A stretch of DNA of 64,000 nucleotides from Gammaproteobacteria bacterium (GCA_016191235.1 JACPOZ010000006.1:122-64121); one strand, 5' to 3'; counted from the first letter of the stretch, positions 42,998 through 53,463 are shown. Numbers and translations: made by a program. The notes: a model not told the origin generated them from the sequence alone.

Positions 42998-44110
42998 CTA
43001 CAACGCGAGCGCGGTCTCTGCCTCTGTGTACGGCATCCCCAGGTCCTCCGCCACGCCACGGCAAGTTAGTGCGCCACGATGGGTATTGAGTCCCGCACGC
43101 AAGGTTGCGTCGCCGCGTAAGGCGTTCAAACCGTTGTCTGCCAGCGCAATGATGTAGGGCAAGGTCTGATTGACCAGCGCAAGCGTGCTGGTGCGCGGCA
43201 CTGCCCCCGGCATGTTGGCAACGCAGTAATGCACCACGCCGCCGACGATGTACGTGGGATCATGATGGGTGGTGGGGTGGGTGGTCTCCACGCAGCCACC
43301 CTGATCGACCGAGACATCCACAATCACGCTGCCGGGGCGCATGCCCTGTAGCATGTCACGCGTTATCAGCCAGGGTGCGCGGTGACCGGCGATCAGCACC
43401 GCGCCGACCACCAGGTCGGCATGGAACACGGCATCTTCGATATTTGTCTCGTTGCTGGTGCGGGTCTGAAGCCGTCCCATGAAGATGTCATCCAGATATT
43501 GCAGGCGCTCGTGGCGCGTATCGAGGATGGTCACCTGCGCGCCCATGCCCACGGCGATTCTGGCCGCATTGAGGCCCACTACGCCACCGCCCAAAATCGC
43601 CACCTGCCCCGGCGATACCCCCGGCACTCCACCCAGCAGCACACCGCGCCCACCCATATGTTTCTCAAGGCAGGTTGCACCCACCTGGGTAGCCATGCGC
43701 CCAGCCACTTCGCTCATCGGCGCAAGCAGGGGAAGATGACCGTTGGAAGTCGTCACGGTTTCATAGGCAATGCCGGTGACGCCCGATGCCAGCATGCGCT
43801 CGGCCAGCGCGCGGTTGGCAGCCAGGTGCAGGTAGGTGAGGAGCGTGAGATCCTGGCGCAAAAAGGCGTATTCGGATGCAATAGGCTCCTTCACCTTCAC
43901 CACCATCTGTGCGGACCACGCCGCTGCGGCGTCGGGCACAATTTCGCCGCCTGCGGCGTGATATTCGCCATCCATGATGCCGCTCCCCAAGCCCGCGCCC
44001 CTTTGCACTAAAACACGGTGGCCGCGGCGGGAGAGTGTTTGCACCACGTCGGGCGTCATCCCAACCCGGTTTTCATCGTCTTTGATTTCTTTGGGAAGGC
44101 CAATAAGCAT
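42998..44110 (-). CDS. ald: Alanine dehydrogenase
   Basis: PKEIK, KVKEP, YLHLA, MSEVAGR and NMPGAVP. Confidence 0.96.
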   Translation of the reverse strand: MLIGLPKEIKDDENRVGMTPDVVQTLSRRGHRVLVQRGAGLGSGIMDGEYHAAGGEIVPDAAAAWSAQMVVKVKEPIASEYAFLRQDLTLLTYLHLAANRALAERMLASGVTGIAYETVTTSNGHLPLLAPMSEVAGRMATQVGATCLEKHMGGRGVLLGGVPGVSPGQVAILGGGVVGLNAARIAVGMGAQVTILDTRHERLQYLDDIFMGRLQTRTSNETNIEDAVFHADLVVGAVLIAGHRAPWLITRDMLQGMRPGSVIVDVSVDQGGCVETTHPTTHHDPTYIVGGVVHYCVANMPGAVPRTSTLALVNQTLPYIIALADNGLNALRGDATLRAGLNTHRGALTCRGVAEDLGMPYTEAETALAL

Positions 44111-44401
44111 GGGAGGTTCCTTTCAAAATGCATGTAAATATCTGATAAACTCAAGTGAGATCACGCCAGCCGGGTCGCCCGATATTTCAGGACTTCCGGC
44201 TTCATGATACTGCTGTAAACCCCGGGTGCAAAGCAAAGTCCAGGCAGATTTTTTCGTTAACATATCAACCTAAAAACGGCATTTCACCCCAGAGCACACG
44301 GAGAACACAGAGGAAAAACAAGACCTTGGCACGGTATACTGCATCACCTGCCGGGTGGCTGTACTGTTACGCTAACCTTATGAATTTCTTTGTGTCCTCT
44401 G

Positions 44402-44494
44402 CTAGCAGCCTGTCTGACTTAGGGGATCGTAGCGAGAAAGCGGTCCATTTTCCGCTTTCGCAGTAGATTCGACCTAAGTCAGGCAGGCTGCCAG
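44402..44494. mobile_element. Mini MITE-like element
   Basis: CTAGCAGCCTGTCTGACTTAGG ... CCTAAGTCAGGCAGGCTGCCAG (22-bp inverted repeat, 2 mismatches). Confidence 0.65.
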
Positions 44495-44536
44495 GGTTCA
44501 ATAGCTTTTTTTAGGATCGGTTCTGGAGGGTAGAGA

Positions 44537-45037
44537 GTGGATGTTTCGACGACGGCGTTCGTCCTGCGACTGGCATTGGCGGTGCTGCTCATCCCTGTTG
44601 TGTTACTCGCACTGGGACTGGCGTGGAACCGCTCTCCCTTTGGCGAGCCGCCGGGTTTTGCCGTCCGGCTCAAGACATATCTTACGACGCATGTGGCGGA
44701 AGTGCGTGATGACGCGATTTTTCCCGAGCTGCGTCCGCGCCATTATGATCTTGCAATGCAGCCTCTGTTCGAGGCGCTAAGCCGTGCGGCGCACGATTTG
44801 GGGTGGGAAATTGCCGGAATTGACGCTGAGCACAAGATTTTGCGCGCAGTGGTGGCCACGCCGGTATGGCGCTTCAAGGACGATGTAACTGTCTGGCTGC
44901 AGCCTTCGCCGCAAGGAGGAAGCGCTGTCTATGTGCGTTCGGAATCGCGCATTGGAAAGGGTGATTTGGGGGCGAACACCCGGCATGTCCTGGATTTTAT
45001 CCAGGCAACAGAGAAAATCATGGACGCGAAAAAATAA
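44537..45037 (+). CDS. DUF1499 family protein
   Basis: TPVWRFKDDV, RSESRIGKGDLGAN; N-terminal TM. Confidence 0.8.
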   Translation: MDVSTTAFVLRLALAVLLIPVVLLALGLAWNRSPFGEPPGFAVRLKTYLTTHVAEVRDDAIFPELRPRHYDLAMQPLFEALSRAAHDLGWEIAGIDAEHKILRAVVATPVWRFKDDVTVWLQPSPQGGSAVYVRSESRIGKGDLGANTRHVLDFIQATEKIMDAKK

Positions 45038-45060
45038 AAGCCGGCACTAAGGCCGGCTTT
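45037..45060. terminator. Bidirectional terminator
   Basis: AAAGCCGGC-ACTAAG-GCCGGCTTT between convergent genes. Confidence 0.75.
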
Positions 45061-45091
45061 CAAGAACAGCAATGCTATAAGTTACAAACTT

Positions 45092-45319
45092 TTACTGACC
45101 AGCGGCAGGAGCAGCAGGAGCAGCAGCGCCTTCGGCAGGAGCAGCAGCGCCGCCTTCGGCAGGAGCAGCAGGAGCAGCTTCAGCAGGAGCGGCAGGAGCA
45201 GCTTCGGCAGGAGCAGCAGCTTCGGGAGCGGGAGCAGGAGCTTCGGCTGTTTCTTCCTTTTTGCCGCAAGCAGCCAGGGACAACGCCAACAAAGAAGCAA
45301 GGAGAATTGGGTGTTTCAT
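45092..45319 (-). CDS. Small Ala/Pro/Glu-rich lipoprotein
   Basis: Lipobox LAAC followed by APAEAA repeats. Confidence 0.85.
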   Translation of the reverse strand: MKHPILLASLLALSLAACGKKEETAEAPAPAPEAAAPAEAAPAAPAEAAPAAPAEGGAAAPAEGAAAPAAPAAGQ

Positions 45320-45544
45320 GTCAGTTCCTATAATCCTAATGAAAAAAATAAACGCGAATATCCACCATTTCCCGATACTGAAAACAGTTAAGTATCGAGC
45401 AAGCGCCATATTCTAGTGCTATTTGAGAAATTTTCCAATAGTTTAGCAATATTTTTTGGAGTGTCTCCAGAATTTGCGGGCCATGGACCGCCCTCATACG
45501 GTTAATCCTGCACGCCAATGATATAATTTGATTGTTGGTTATGT

Positions 45545-46297
45545 GTGATTTTGTCTTCCAGCGTTATGTGGAAATATTCGGAGGTTGTCTTGCCGCTGAG
45601 TCTGGATGGCCATCTTTATGATGGAGAAACCGATGTCCCTTGCGTCAGCGCGCCCTTGACCATAGCGGGTCCTGCGGGCAATTTGGAGGCTATTACCTCG
45701 TTGCCGCTTGAGGTGGAGGCGATGCGTGCCGTAGCGGTGATCTGCCATCCGCATCCACTTTTTGGCGGCACCATGGCCAATAAGGTAGTGCATTACATGT
45801 CCCGCACCTTTAATGAGCTGGGCGTGGGGACGCTACGCTTTAACTTCCGGGGTGTGGGGGCGAGCGCGGGCAGCTATGCGCACGGCGTTGGCGAAACGGA
45901 AGACCTGCTGGCGGTGCTGGATTGGGTTGAAGAGCAGTACCCAGAACATGCTGTCTGGCTGGCGGGCTTTTCTTTCGGGGCCTACGTTGCGCTATGCGGT
46001 GCTGGCCGCAGGCCGGTGGCACGCCTTATTACGGTGGCGCCGCCAGCGAATCTTTTTGATCTTGACGCTGTACCTTTGCCGTCATGTCCGTGGCTGTTGA
46101 TTCAAGGGGATCAGGATGAGATCGTTCCCTGCGACGAGGTACTGGATTGGGTGGATGGCCTGGCGCGCCCACCGAGGGTTATCTGCATGAAGGGGGTTGA
46201 CCATTTTTTTCACGGTCATCTCAACGATTTGCGCGACAGGCTCAAGCAGGCGCTTGCGCCTCGTGGCACTAAAGCTGGGGATGCGAAGGTGGCATGA
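45545..46297 (+). CDS. Alpha/beta hydrolase
   Basis: CHPHPLFGGTM, GFSFG, GDQDE and HFF; true start probably further downstream. Confidence 0.9.
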   Translation: MILSSSVMWKYSEVVLPLSLDGHLYDGETDVPCVSAPLTIAGPAGNLEAITSLPLEVEAMRAVAVICHPHPLFGGTMANKVVHYMSRTFNELGVGTLRFNFRGVGASAGSYAHGVGETEDLLAVLDWVEEQYPEHAVWLAGFSFGAYVALCGAGRRPVARLITVAPPANLFDLDAVPLPSCPWLLIQGDQDEIVPCDEVLDWVDGLARPPRVICMKGVDHFFHGHLNDLRDRLKQALAPRGTKAGDAKVA

Positions 46298-46304
46298 CTG
46301 GTGG

Positions 46305-47699
46305 TCAGACCGCCATTTGCTGTGCCATTGCATCAAGCCCTTCGCAGCCTTCCAGCACACGGTTCATTACCATGACTATCTGTACCTCATCCAGTTGCAG
46401 CGCTTGCAAGATAGCGGGCGGCAGGTCATGGCCTTCGCCCTCGCCTATGCCGTGGGTTTTGAGCATACGGTCGGCGATTAATGCCAGGTTGGCATAGGTC
46501 GCGTGCGGGCCGACATAGGCTTCGTTATGGTGTTCACGCACCGTAACGGTGATTTCTTCGGGCAGGCGCCAGGCCCCGGTTAGCCAGGCCCCCATCTGCC
46601 CGTGATTTATGCCCAAGGTCTCGGTTTCCAGTGCGGCGATGGATTTTTCGGGGTTTTTACCCACCTGATCGTTTAATTGTAAAAACTCCTGCTTGAACAG
46701 CCCCCCCATCAGAAGGTGCCCGATGTTGTGCAGCAAGCCCGCGAGGTAGCTTAACCCGGCACGCGGCCGGATGGGTTCGGGCATGGCCTTGCCCAATGCC
46801 TGCATCAGCGCGGCACTGTAGGTGGCGTGGCGCCAGAAGGCGCTTAAACCGAGGGGGCCGTGTTGAGGGATCTTGAATGGCTTTGCCGTGGCCAGTCCCA
46901 AGGCGAGGTTGATGACCATTTCATAGCCCAGCACCCGGGCTATGGCGACTCGCACCGAATCGACGCGGCCCTGATAGCCAAAAAATGACGAGCTGGCATA
47001 GCGCATGACCTGGGCGGCCAGCGCGGGATCCATTTCGACAAGCCTGGCGAGATCCTCCGCACGTGCATTTGGGTTGGCGCTCAGTTGAATGATCTTCTGC
47101 GCCATCTCCGGCAGCGCGGGAAGTGCCCCCATGCGCTCAATGCGGTGCTTGATGTCCTGTGCACGGTCACTTTCATTCTGTGCGGCCCCTTGAGTGTCGC
47201 CGGACGCCGGAAGGCCGTCCTCACGGACTATGGGGCGCGCGAAACTGCCGCCCAGCCAGGCATTGCGCTGCATGATATGAAAGCTTTTGCTGGTCACTTT
47301 GACAAGATGCGCGAGGCTGCCCGAGGTGAAACAGATATCTCCTGACTGAATCAGACTGTCGTCAATGATAGCCCGCACACCGTAAGCCTCTCCCAACGGG
47401 GGGATGAAGCCGGGCTTGCAGTCCCGGAAAATGGCGGTGATTTGCATGTCCTGGGCAGGCTCCAGCTTGCGGTGCAGCATCTTGCAAAGGGCATCGAGAT
47501 CCAGTTCATGCGTGATCGGCATGACGGCCATCACCAGTCCGATCTGGTCTTTCAGGAGCACGGTTTGCGCCAGGGAGCGCGGGGGTATTCCGGCAGCGGT
47601 GGCGGCCTCCGCAAGAGAAGTGATCGCGGGCAGGTCCAGCACGGTGTATACAATCCGGTTGTTGTCCAGGTATTGCTTTATCGTGTACGCGATAGCCAT
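46305..47699 (-). CDS. YbaK/ProX-like plus HDOD domain protein
   Basis: FRDCKPGFIPPLG (YbaK-like); DPALAAQV, FWRHA and AGLLHNIG (HDOD). Confidence 0.88.
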   Translation of the reverse strand: MAIAYTIKQYLDNNRIVYTVLDLPAITSLAEAATAAGIPPRSLAQTVLLKDQIGLVMAVMPITHELDLDALCKMLHRKLEPAQDMQITAIFRDCKPGFIPPLGEAYGVRAIIDDSLIQSGDICFTSGSLAHLVKVTSKSFHIMQRNAWLGGSFARPIVREDGLPASGDTQGAAQNESDRAQDIKHRIERMGALPALPEMAQKIIQLSANPNARAEDLARLVEMDPALAAQVMRYASSSFFGYQGRVDSVRVAIARVLGYEMVINLALGLATAKPFKIPQHGPLGLSAFWRHATYSAALMQALGKAMPEPIRPRAGLSYLAGLLHNIGHLLMGGLFKQEFLQLNDQVGKNPEKSIAALETETLGINHGQMGAWLTGAWRLPEEITVTVREHHNEAYVGPHATYANLALIADRMLKTHGIGEGEGHDLPPAILQALQLDEVQIVMVMNRVLEGCEGLDAMAQQMAV

Positions 47700-47725
47700 G
47701 CGGGTGCCTTCTCTTGCGTGGGGAA

Positions 47726-48898
47726 TCAGGATGCCGTGGCGCAGACCTGGGCGTAGTCGGTGTAACCGCTGGCGTTTGCCTCGTCGCCGCAATGGCGGCA
47801 GTCCGGGTCGCGTTTGACCTTGAATTCGTTGAAGCGTGCACCCAATGCGTCGTAATAGAGCATCCTGCCCACCAGCGGCTCGCCGATGTTGAGCAGAATT
47901 TTGAGTGCCTCGACTGCCTGCAGCACGCCGATCACGCCCGGCATGACGCCCAGCACGCCAATCTCGGAGCAGGACGGCGCCATTTCGGCGGGCGGCGGTT
48001 CGGGAAACATGCAGCGGTAACATCCGCCGCGCTGTTTTTCATAGCCCGGCCAGAACACCGTTACTTGGCCCTCGAAGCGATACACCGCGCCATGCACATT
48101 GGGGATGCCAAGCTTGACGCAGGCATCGTTGATCAGGTAGCGGGTGGGCAGATTGTCCGTGCCGTCCACCACTACGTCGTATCCAGCGAGGATTTCTTCC
48201 ACGTTGTGGCTGCTCAGGTGGGCCTGATAACCAACGACCTTGATCTTGGGGTTGAGGGCTTCGAGCGATTCGCGTGCCGACTCGACCTTGGGGGTGTCAA
48301 CGCGGGCTTCGGTGTGCAGGATCTGCCGCTGCAAATTGCTGCGGTCTACCACGTCATGGTCGACGATACCCAGCGTGCCGACCCCCGCCGCCGCCAGATA
48401 CAGCGCAGCGGGCGAACCCAGTCCGCCGGCACCGATCAGCAGTACCTTGCTGTCCATCAGCTTGAGCTGGCCTGTCTCGCCCACTTCGGGGAGCAACAGG
48501 TGGCGCGAATAGCGTTCGCGTGCATCCGCATCCAGCGTACGGGGTGTCTCGAAGGGCAGGCCGCTATTCTTCCAGCGGTTGAAGCCGCCAGCCACCGAGC
48601 GCACGTCATTGTAGCCCAGGCGTTGCAAGGTCTCGGCAGCAAACAGCGAGCGCACGCCGCCGGCACACATCGTCAGGACGGTATGGGAGGTATCGGGCAC
48701 GGCCTCTTCCACGCGCAGTTCCAGGAAACCTCGCCCCAGGCGCAACGCCCCCTTGGGGCTGCCCTGCGCGATTTCGTCCGCCTCGCGCACGTCGACCAAG
48801 ACCGCGCCCTTGCTTTGCAGGGCCAGCGCCTCTTCAGGCGTGATCTCGGGAATGGTGGCTTTCAGCTCGGCCAGGCGACGGTCTTTGGCTTTCATCAT
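47726..48898 (-). CDS. moeB: MoeB/ThiF adenylyltransferase with N-terminal rhodanese domain
   Basis: DVRE...CAGGVRS rhodanese; RYSRH, GAGGLG, SNLQRQ and CYRC. Confidence 0.9.
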   Translation of the reverse strand: MMKAKDRRLAELKATIPEITPEEALALQSKGAVLVDVREADEIAQGSPKGALRLGRGFLELRVEEAVPDTSHTVLTMCAGGVRSLFAAETLQRLGYNDVRSVAGGFNRWKNSGLPFETPRTLDADARERYSRHLLLPEVGETGQLKLMDSKVLLIGAGGLGSPAALYLAAAGVGTLGIVDHDVVDRSNLQRQILHTEARVDTPKVESARESLEALNPKIKVVGYQAHLSSHNVEEILAGYDVVVDGTDNLPTRYLINDACVKLGIPNVHGAVYRFEGQVTVFWPGYEKQRGGCYRCMFPEPPPAEMAPSCSEIGVLGVMPGVIGVLQAVEALKILLNIGEPLVGRMLYYDALGARFNEFKVKRDPDCRHCGDEANASGYTDYAQVCATAS

Positions 48899-48962
48899 AA
48901 TTCTCCTAACTGGTCGGACGCATTCGGGTATATAACACGGTTGCCATATACTACCAAACTAC

Positions 48963-49064
48963 GACGCACATGGATGTGCTAGTGCCGCAAGAGGCAGGAT
49001 GCCGGGAGCGGCCGACGCACATGGATGTGCTAGTGCCGCAGGAGGCAGGATGCCGGGCGCGGCC
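48963..49064 (+). repeat. Tandem pair of 51-bp repeats
   Basis: GACGCACATGGATGTGCTAGTGCCGCA(A/G)GAGGCAGGATGCCGGG(A/C)GCGGCC twice, 2 differences. Confidence 0.9.
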
Positions 49065-49087
49065 ACGGACACTCTCCGCAACGGTTG

Positions 49088-49894
49088 TTATCCTCCGCCT
49101 GAAAACATCGTATACAGCGTCAACAGTATTTCCACTACGATCAGAATGACAATGTACCATTCCACGCGCAGGCTGCGGTTATGCTGCAACAGATCCAGCA
49201 GCGTCTCCACCGTGCGCGAGATCAGCTCCAGTTTGCGTTCCAGCGCCAGGTGGCGTTCGCGCAGTTCGTATTCATCCACCAGCCGCAGATATAACCGGTC
49301 GAGATCAGGCCGGTCCCACAGTATCTCCGGTTTCTCTCCCATCTCGACTCGCCCCACCATCTTGTGCTGGATCAGCAATGTACCGCCGATATGGCGCAAC
49401 AACTCCTTGCTCTGGTGTCCGCCGCTGCCATCGCGCTGCAAACTGGCCGCCAAAGGTTCAATGCGGTCGAAAACACCGGCGATACTGGCCTCGTAGTGGG
49501 CAAGCACTACGCTTTTGGCGAGGATGTCCGCCACTGTTTGCAGGCGCTCGATACTGAACGCGTGGAGTGAAACCACGCCACCTTCCACGCGTTCATCCCG
49601 CTGCGGATTGATGCTTATTTCGGCTTCTTCCGTCTCCGGCCTGACGAAAGGCTCGTTGATCAGCGGCTTCAAAAGAGACAAAAACGAGGCCTCTTCCATG
49701 GCGTCGAGGTCAAACAAGACCACCACGCCGTAACGGAACAGCACCGCGCAACCTTGCGCGCCCGCGATCACTACCAGTGGCGCGACCGCCAGGCGCTGCG
49801 CAGCCTCTAGTGCGCGCAGATCGATACGCTCGCCTACACACAAGGCGCGCACCCTGACAGTGATTTTGCCTGCAAAGAGTGTCGGCTGCTGCAT
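49088..49894 (-). CDS. RMD1 (DUF155) family protein
   Basis: FRYGVVV, LAKSVVL, PEILW and SLRVEWYIVILI. Confidence 0.88.
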   Translation of the reverse strand: MQQPTLFAGKITVRVRALCVGERIDLRALEAAQRLAVAPLVVIAGAQGCAVLFRYGVVVLFDLDAMEEASFLSLLKPLINEPFVRPETEEAEISINPQRDERVEGGVVSLHAFSIERLQTVADILAKSVVLAHYEASIAGVFDRIEPLAASLQRDGSGGHQSKELLRHIGGTLLIQHKMVGRVEMGEKPEILWDRPDLDRLYLRLVDEYELRERHLALERKLELISRTVETLLDLLQHNRSLRVEWYIVILIVVEILLTLYTMFSGGG

Positions 49895-50896
49895 TTAACG
49901 CACATCCTTGGCGCAACGAAAGCCCAGATCGGCGAATGCCGAATGCGGCGCCAAATAAAATCTGTACGCCCCCCGGTAAAAATGGCTGACGACGTAGTGG
50001 CCAACACCTCCCCAGCCGCCGCCCCTGACGACCTTGTTCTTGCTGCCGAACTCGGCGCTTTCATGGCGTGAGCCAGGATAGGGTAGATACCAGTCATCCA
50101 CCCATTCCATTACATTGCCTGCCATATCATGGACGCCGTATACCGATTTTCCCGATGGGTACGACCCCACGGGAGCGACCCCCGTTTCCCAGTTATCGGC
50201 GCTCCCGGCATTAAGTTTAGAGGGTTCCCACTGGTTTCCCCAGGGATATTCCCGTCCGTCCACGCCACGCGCTGCCTTTTCCCATTCGGCCTCGGTGGGC
50301 AGCCGTTTGCCCGCCCATCTGCAGTAGTCGCGTGCATTGGGCCAGGTCACGCCGGTGACAGGCAGGTTGTCGAGGGTCTTTTGATGTTTTTCGATGGCAG
50401 TCAGCAGCGCCTCCTTGGACATCGTCCGCGTATCTATATCCAGCCGCAGTGTCTCCGCCACAAATTTTCTCAGTTTGTTCACGTCCGCACTGTCCAGGAT
50501 CTCGCGGGTCAGCAGATAACCGTTTTTTTCCCACTGTGCCGGCAGCCAATAATTATTCTGAATGACAAACTCGCGGTATTGCGTATTGGTGACTTCGAGT
50601 TTGTCGATCAGAAAGGCGGGGAGCCGTAGCTTGCGCTGTGGATGTTCGTCGAGATACCAGGGCTTTGCCGAGCCAAATTCCTTGGATTTGCCGCTGGCGT
50701 CGGTTTTGTCGCTGCCCATGATGAACTCACCGGCAGGAATGAGCGCCATATCGTGAGTGGAGGGTTGCGCCGTCCATGCTATGGCCGGGTGAACAATCAA
50801 GAATGTTAGAAGCGCCATGCCGCGTATGGAGGGCAGCAACTTCGGGCAGAATAACACGCTTGCGCAATACCGATCATGGATGGGTTTTCTAGGCAT
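49895..50896 (-). CDS. SUMF1/formylglycine-generating-enzyme family protein
   Basis: FIMGS, RLPTEAEWEKAARG, DMAGNVMEW and GFRC; start uncertain. Confidence 0.9.
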   Translation of the reverse strand: MPRKPIHDRYCASVLFCPKLLPSIRGMALLTFLIVHPAIAWTAQPSTHDMALIPAGEFIMGSDKTDASGKSKEFGSAKPWYLDEHPQRKLRLPAFLIDKLEVTNTQYREFVIQNNYWLPAQWEKNGYLLTREILDSADVNKLRKFVAETLRLDIDTRTMSKEALLTAIEKHQKTLDNLPVTGVTWPNARDYCRWAGKRLPTEAEWEKAARGVDGREYPWGNQWEPSKLNAGSADNWETGVAPVGSYPSGKSVYGVHDMAGNVMEWVDDWYLPYPGSRHESAEFGSKNKVVRGGGWGGVGHYVVSHFYRGAYRFYLAPHSAFADLGFRCAKDVR

Positions 50897-50978
50897 TTTG
50901 CTCTATCTGGTTGACAATAAATCATTTTTTTTTTGATAAAATATTACCATATGCTTCCTCCAGCAAGGGGAAGCCCGC

Positions 50979-51154
50979 TTAGAACCTGTTTACAATCTCG
51001 CTGAAGGGCGCATCGCGGCGTTACCCTGTATATCGTGGCCCCCTCAATTGCTCACATACTCCGTGTATGCTGCGCTTTTTCGGGGGATTTTGCCTTGCGC
51101 TGGGAACCCTTCGCTTGCGCTCTTCCCTTGATCGAGATTGTAAACAGGTTCTTA
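50979..51154. mobile_element. MITE with TTA target duplication
   Basis: 20-bp perfect inverted repeat AGAACCTGTTTACAATCTCG; TTA at both ends; same family as 60401-60591, opposite orientation. Confidence 0.88.
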
Positions 51155-52072
51155 AATCCACTCTTCCCCGAGGAATCTGGCCAGCAATGCCGGATCTTCC
51201 ATCCGATCCAGAAACCATATCAAGGCATTCCCCTCTCGCGCATTGCGCCAGGCGATAAACAGCCGTGGCTCGGGCACTGGGCAGGCTACTTCCTTGATGA
51301 TCAGGCGCCCCGCCGCGAGATCGTCCTTGATCATCGTGCGTGGCACAAAGCCGACGCCCAGGCCCATGCGGTGCGCCTCCAGTTTGGCGCGCATGTCCGG
51401 CACGGTGAGGACATCCTGGCCGGAGAGCAGGTACGAGGTGCGCGGGGGGATGTTACGCGAGCTGTCGGCGGCGGCGATGGCGCGATAGCGCAGGATCTCG
51501 TCGCTGGTCAGCGGTGCGGAACTGCCGGCCAGCGGATGGTCGGGCGTGACGACAAACACGAACGCCATCTCGCCCAGCGCGCGCGTGGCATATCCGCCGC
51601 CCGCCGGACCTTCGCCGCTCACCCCAATGGCAAGGTCGGCGCGCCCTGCCGCCAGCGCGTCCCAGGTGCCTCCGAAGACCTCCGTGATAATGCGCAGCCG
51701 GGTGCCGTGGTTCTCCGCGTAAAATGCGGCGACCAGAGGGTAAATTCTGGTGAGCGGTATCAGGTCGTCGACGGCGATGGCCAACTCGACTTCCCAGCCC
51801 GTCGCCACACGCTTGACGCTGTGCTCAAGCTCGGCGGCGGCACGCAGCAAATGGCGGCCATCCTGCAGCAGCTTTTCTCCCGCCGAGGTCAATTTGGCGC
51901 GGTGGCCGCTACGGTCAAACAGCGCAATATCGAGGTCCTGCTCCAGCTTTTGCACGGTATAGGTGATTGCCGAAGGTACGCGGTGCAGTTCTTCGGAGGC
52001 GGCGGCAAAGCTGCCCTTGCGCGCGATGGCATCCAGCACGTAAAGGGAATCGAGAGTCAGGCGCATATTCAA
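51152..52072 (-). CDS. LysR-family regulator (YhaJ-like)
   Basis: DAIARKGSFAAASEELHRVPSAITYTVQKLE and EVFGGTWDAL. Confidence 0.88.
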   Translation of the reverse strand: MNMRLTLDSLYVLDAIARKGSFAAASEELHRVPSAITYTVQKLEQDLDIALFDRSGHRAKLTSAGEKLLQDGRHLLRAAAELEHSVKRVATGWEVELAIAVDDLIPLTRIYPLVAAFYAENHGTRLRIITEVFGGTWDALAAGRADLAIGVSGEGPAGGGYATRALGEMAFVFVVTPDHPLAGSSAPLTSDEILRYRAIAAADSSRNIPPRTSYLLSGQDVLTVPDMRAKLEAHRMGLGVGFVPRTMIKDDLAAGRLIIKEVACPVPEPRLFIAWRNAREGNALIWFLDRMEDPALLARFLGEEWI

Positions 52073-52242
52073 TGTTTACTAAGGGATGATAAGATGGATG
52101 TAGTCTAATACCAATCTTGCCAGTGTAATATAGCGGCGTTTTTTTCCGTAGAGCCTGTTTAAGGTTTCGCGAAAGCAGGACTAGCCGCTGAATAACTTTT
52201 TTCCGAGAGTATTCGGAGGTTCTTAACCGCGAGGATTTAGGG

Positions 52243-53463
52243 ATGACCCTGCCAAAGAAGCCCAGCGTGAAATTTTTTCCAGTGTTGACGACTACGCGCA
52301 GCAGGCGCTGGGCCAGCGCATTACTTATTCTGCCGATGGCCCTGCTTGCGTCGGCGTGCCGTAATCCTGAAACCCAGGCGCCACCGCCTCCTCCGCCGCC
52401 ACAAGTCAGCGTTGCCAGTGTGATCGAGCGGCAAGTGGCCGACTCGGATGAATTTTCTGGCCGGCTGGAGGCAGTGGAAAGCGTGCAGGTGCGTTCGCGG
52501 GTGACGGGTTACATCGAAAGCATTAGTTTTCAGCAGGGCAAGGATGTGAAAAGGGGCGAGGTGCTGTTCGTTATCGACCCCGGCCCCTATCGCGCAGACT
52601 TGAACCGCGCCGAAGCGGAGCTGGCGCGCTCCCTTGCCCAAGCGGAGCTTGATAAAAGCCAGCTTGCGCGCGCGGAGAAACTGCTTCAGGCGCGGATGAT
52701 AGCGCAGCAGGAATATGATGACCGCGCCAGCGCCCAGCACCAATCGGAAGCGAGCGTGCGTGCGGCAAAGGCCGCAGTTGATCTGGCGCGCCTGAATCTC
52801 GCGTATACCCGTGTCACGTCACCTATCAGCGGCCGCACCGGGCGTGCCGAAGTGACCACCGGCAACCTTGTCACGGGTGGTGATGCAGGCGCGACAGTGC
52901 TGACCACGGTGGTGTCGCATGATCCCATTTATGCCTACTTTGAAGGCGATGAACATGCCTACCTCAAATATGCCGCAGCAACGAAAAAGACGGCACGCAA
53001 CCCGGTATCCATGGGGCTGAGCAACGAGCAAGGCTACCCGCACCAAGGGTACCTGGACTTCATCGACAACCGGCTTGATCCTGCAACAGGCACGATTCGT
53101 ATCAGAGCGGTTTTTGACAACAAGCAGGGACTGTTCACGCCAGGACTGTTTGCCCGCCTTAAACTGGGCGGCGGCCGCTATAACGCGGTATTGATTGATG
53201 ACCGCGCGGTGGGTACGGATCAAAGCAAAAAGTTTGTGATGGTGCTCGGGTCGGATAACAAGGCGAACTATCGCCCGGTGACGCTGGGGCCGGTGGCCGA
53301 TGGCCTGAGAGTAGTCAGAGAGGGACTCAAGGCGGGCGAAGTGATCGTCGTGGATGGGTTGCAGAGGGTGCGTCCCGGGGCCGTCGTAACGCCACAGAAG
53401 GTGCCGATGGAGAAACCGCCCGCGAACAGCCAGGCGAGTTCCGCGCAGCCACAGCATAACTAG
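52243..53463 (+). CDS. RND efflux membrane fusion lipoprotein (MexE/OqxA-like)
   Basis: Lipobox ASAC, SPISGR, DPATGT and VDGLQRVRPG. Confidence 0.92.
   Translation: MTLPKKPSVKFFPVLTTTRSRRWASALLILPMALLASACRNPETQAPPPPPPPQVSVASVIERQVADSDEFSGRLEAVESVQVRSRVTGYIESISFQQGKDVKRGEVLFVIDPGPYRADLNRAEAELARSLAQAELDKSQLARAEKLLQARMIAQQEYDDRASAQHQSEASVRAAKAAVDLARLNLAYTRVTSPISGRTGRAEVTTGNLVTGGDAGATVLTTVVSHDPIYAYFEGDEHAYLKYAAATKKTARNPVSMGLSNEQGYPHQGYLDFIDNRLDPATGTIRIRAVFDNKQGLFTPGLFARLKLGGGRYNAVLIDDRAVGTDQSKKFVMVLGSDNKANYRPVTLGPVADGLRVVREGLKAGEVIVVDGLQRVRPGAVVTPQKVPMEKPPANSQASSAQPQHN

Noticed and set aside
45100-45250. GCAGGAGCA DNA repeats as a non-coding array
   Set aside because: Explained by the Ala/Pro repeats of the lipoprotein on the minus strand
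47700-48023. N-terminal extension of the HDOD protein overlapping moeB
   Set aside because: Low-complexity alternate frame of moeB; a start with RBS exists at 47699
47714-48982. 422-aa plus-strand ORF and similar long antisense ORFs (18150-19973, 51035-52108, 52819-53808)
   Set aside because: Shadows of well-supported genes on the opposite strand in GC-rich DNA, with no motifs
48963-49064. CRISPR array
   Set aside because: Only two abutting 51-bp units, no spacers and no cas genes
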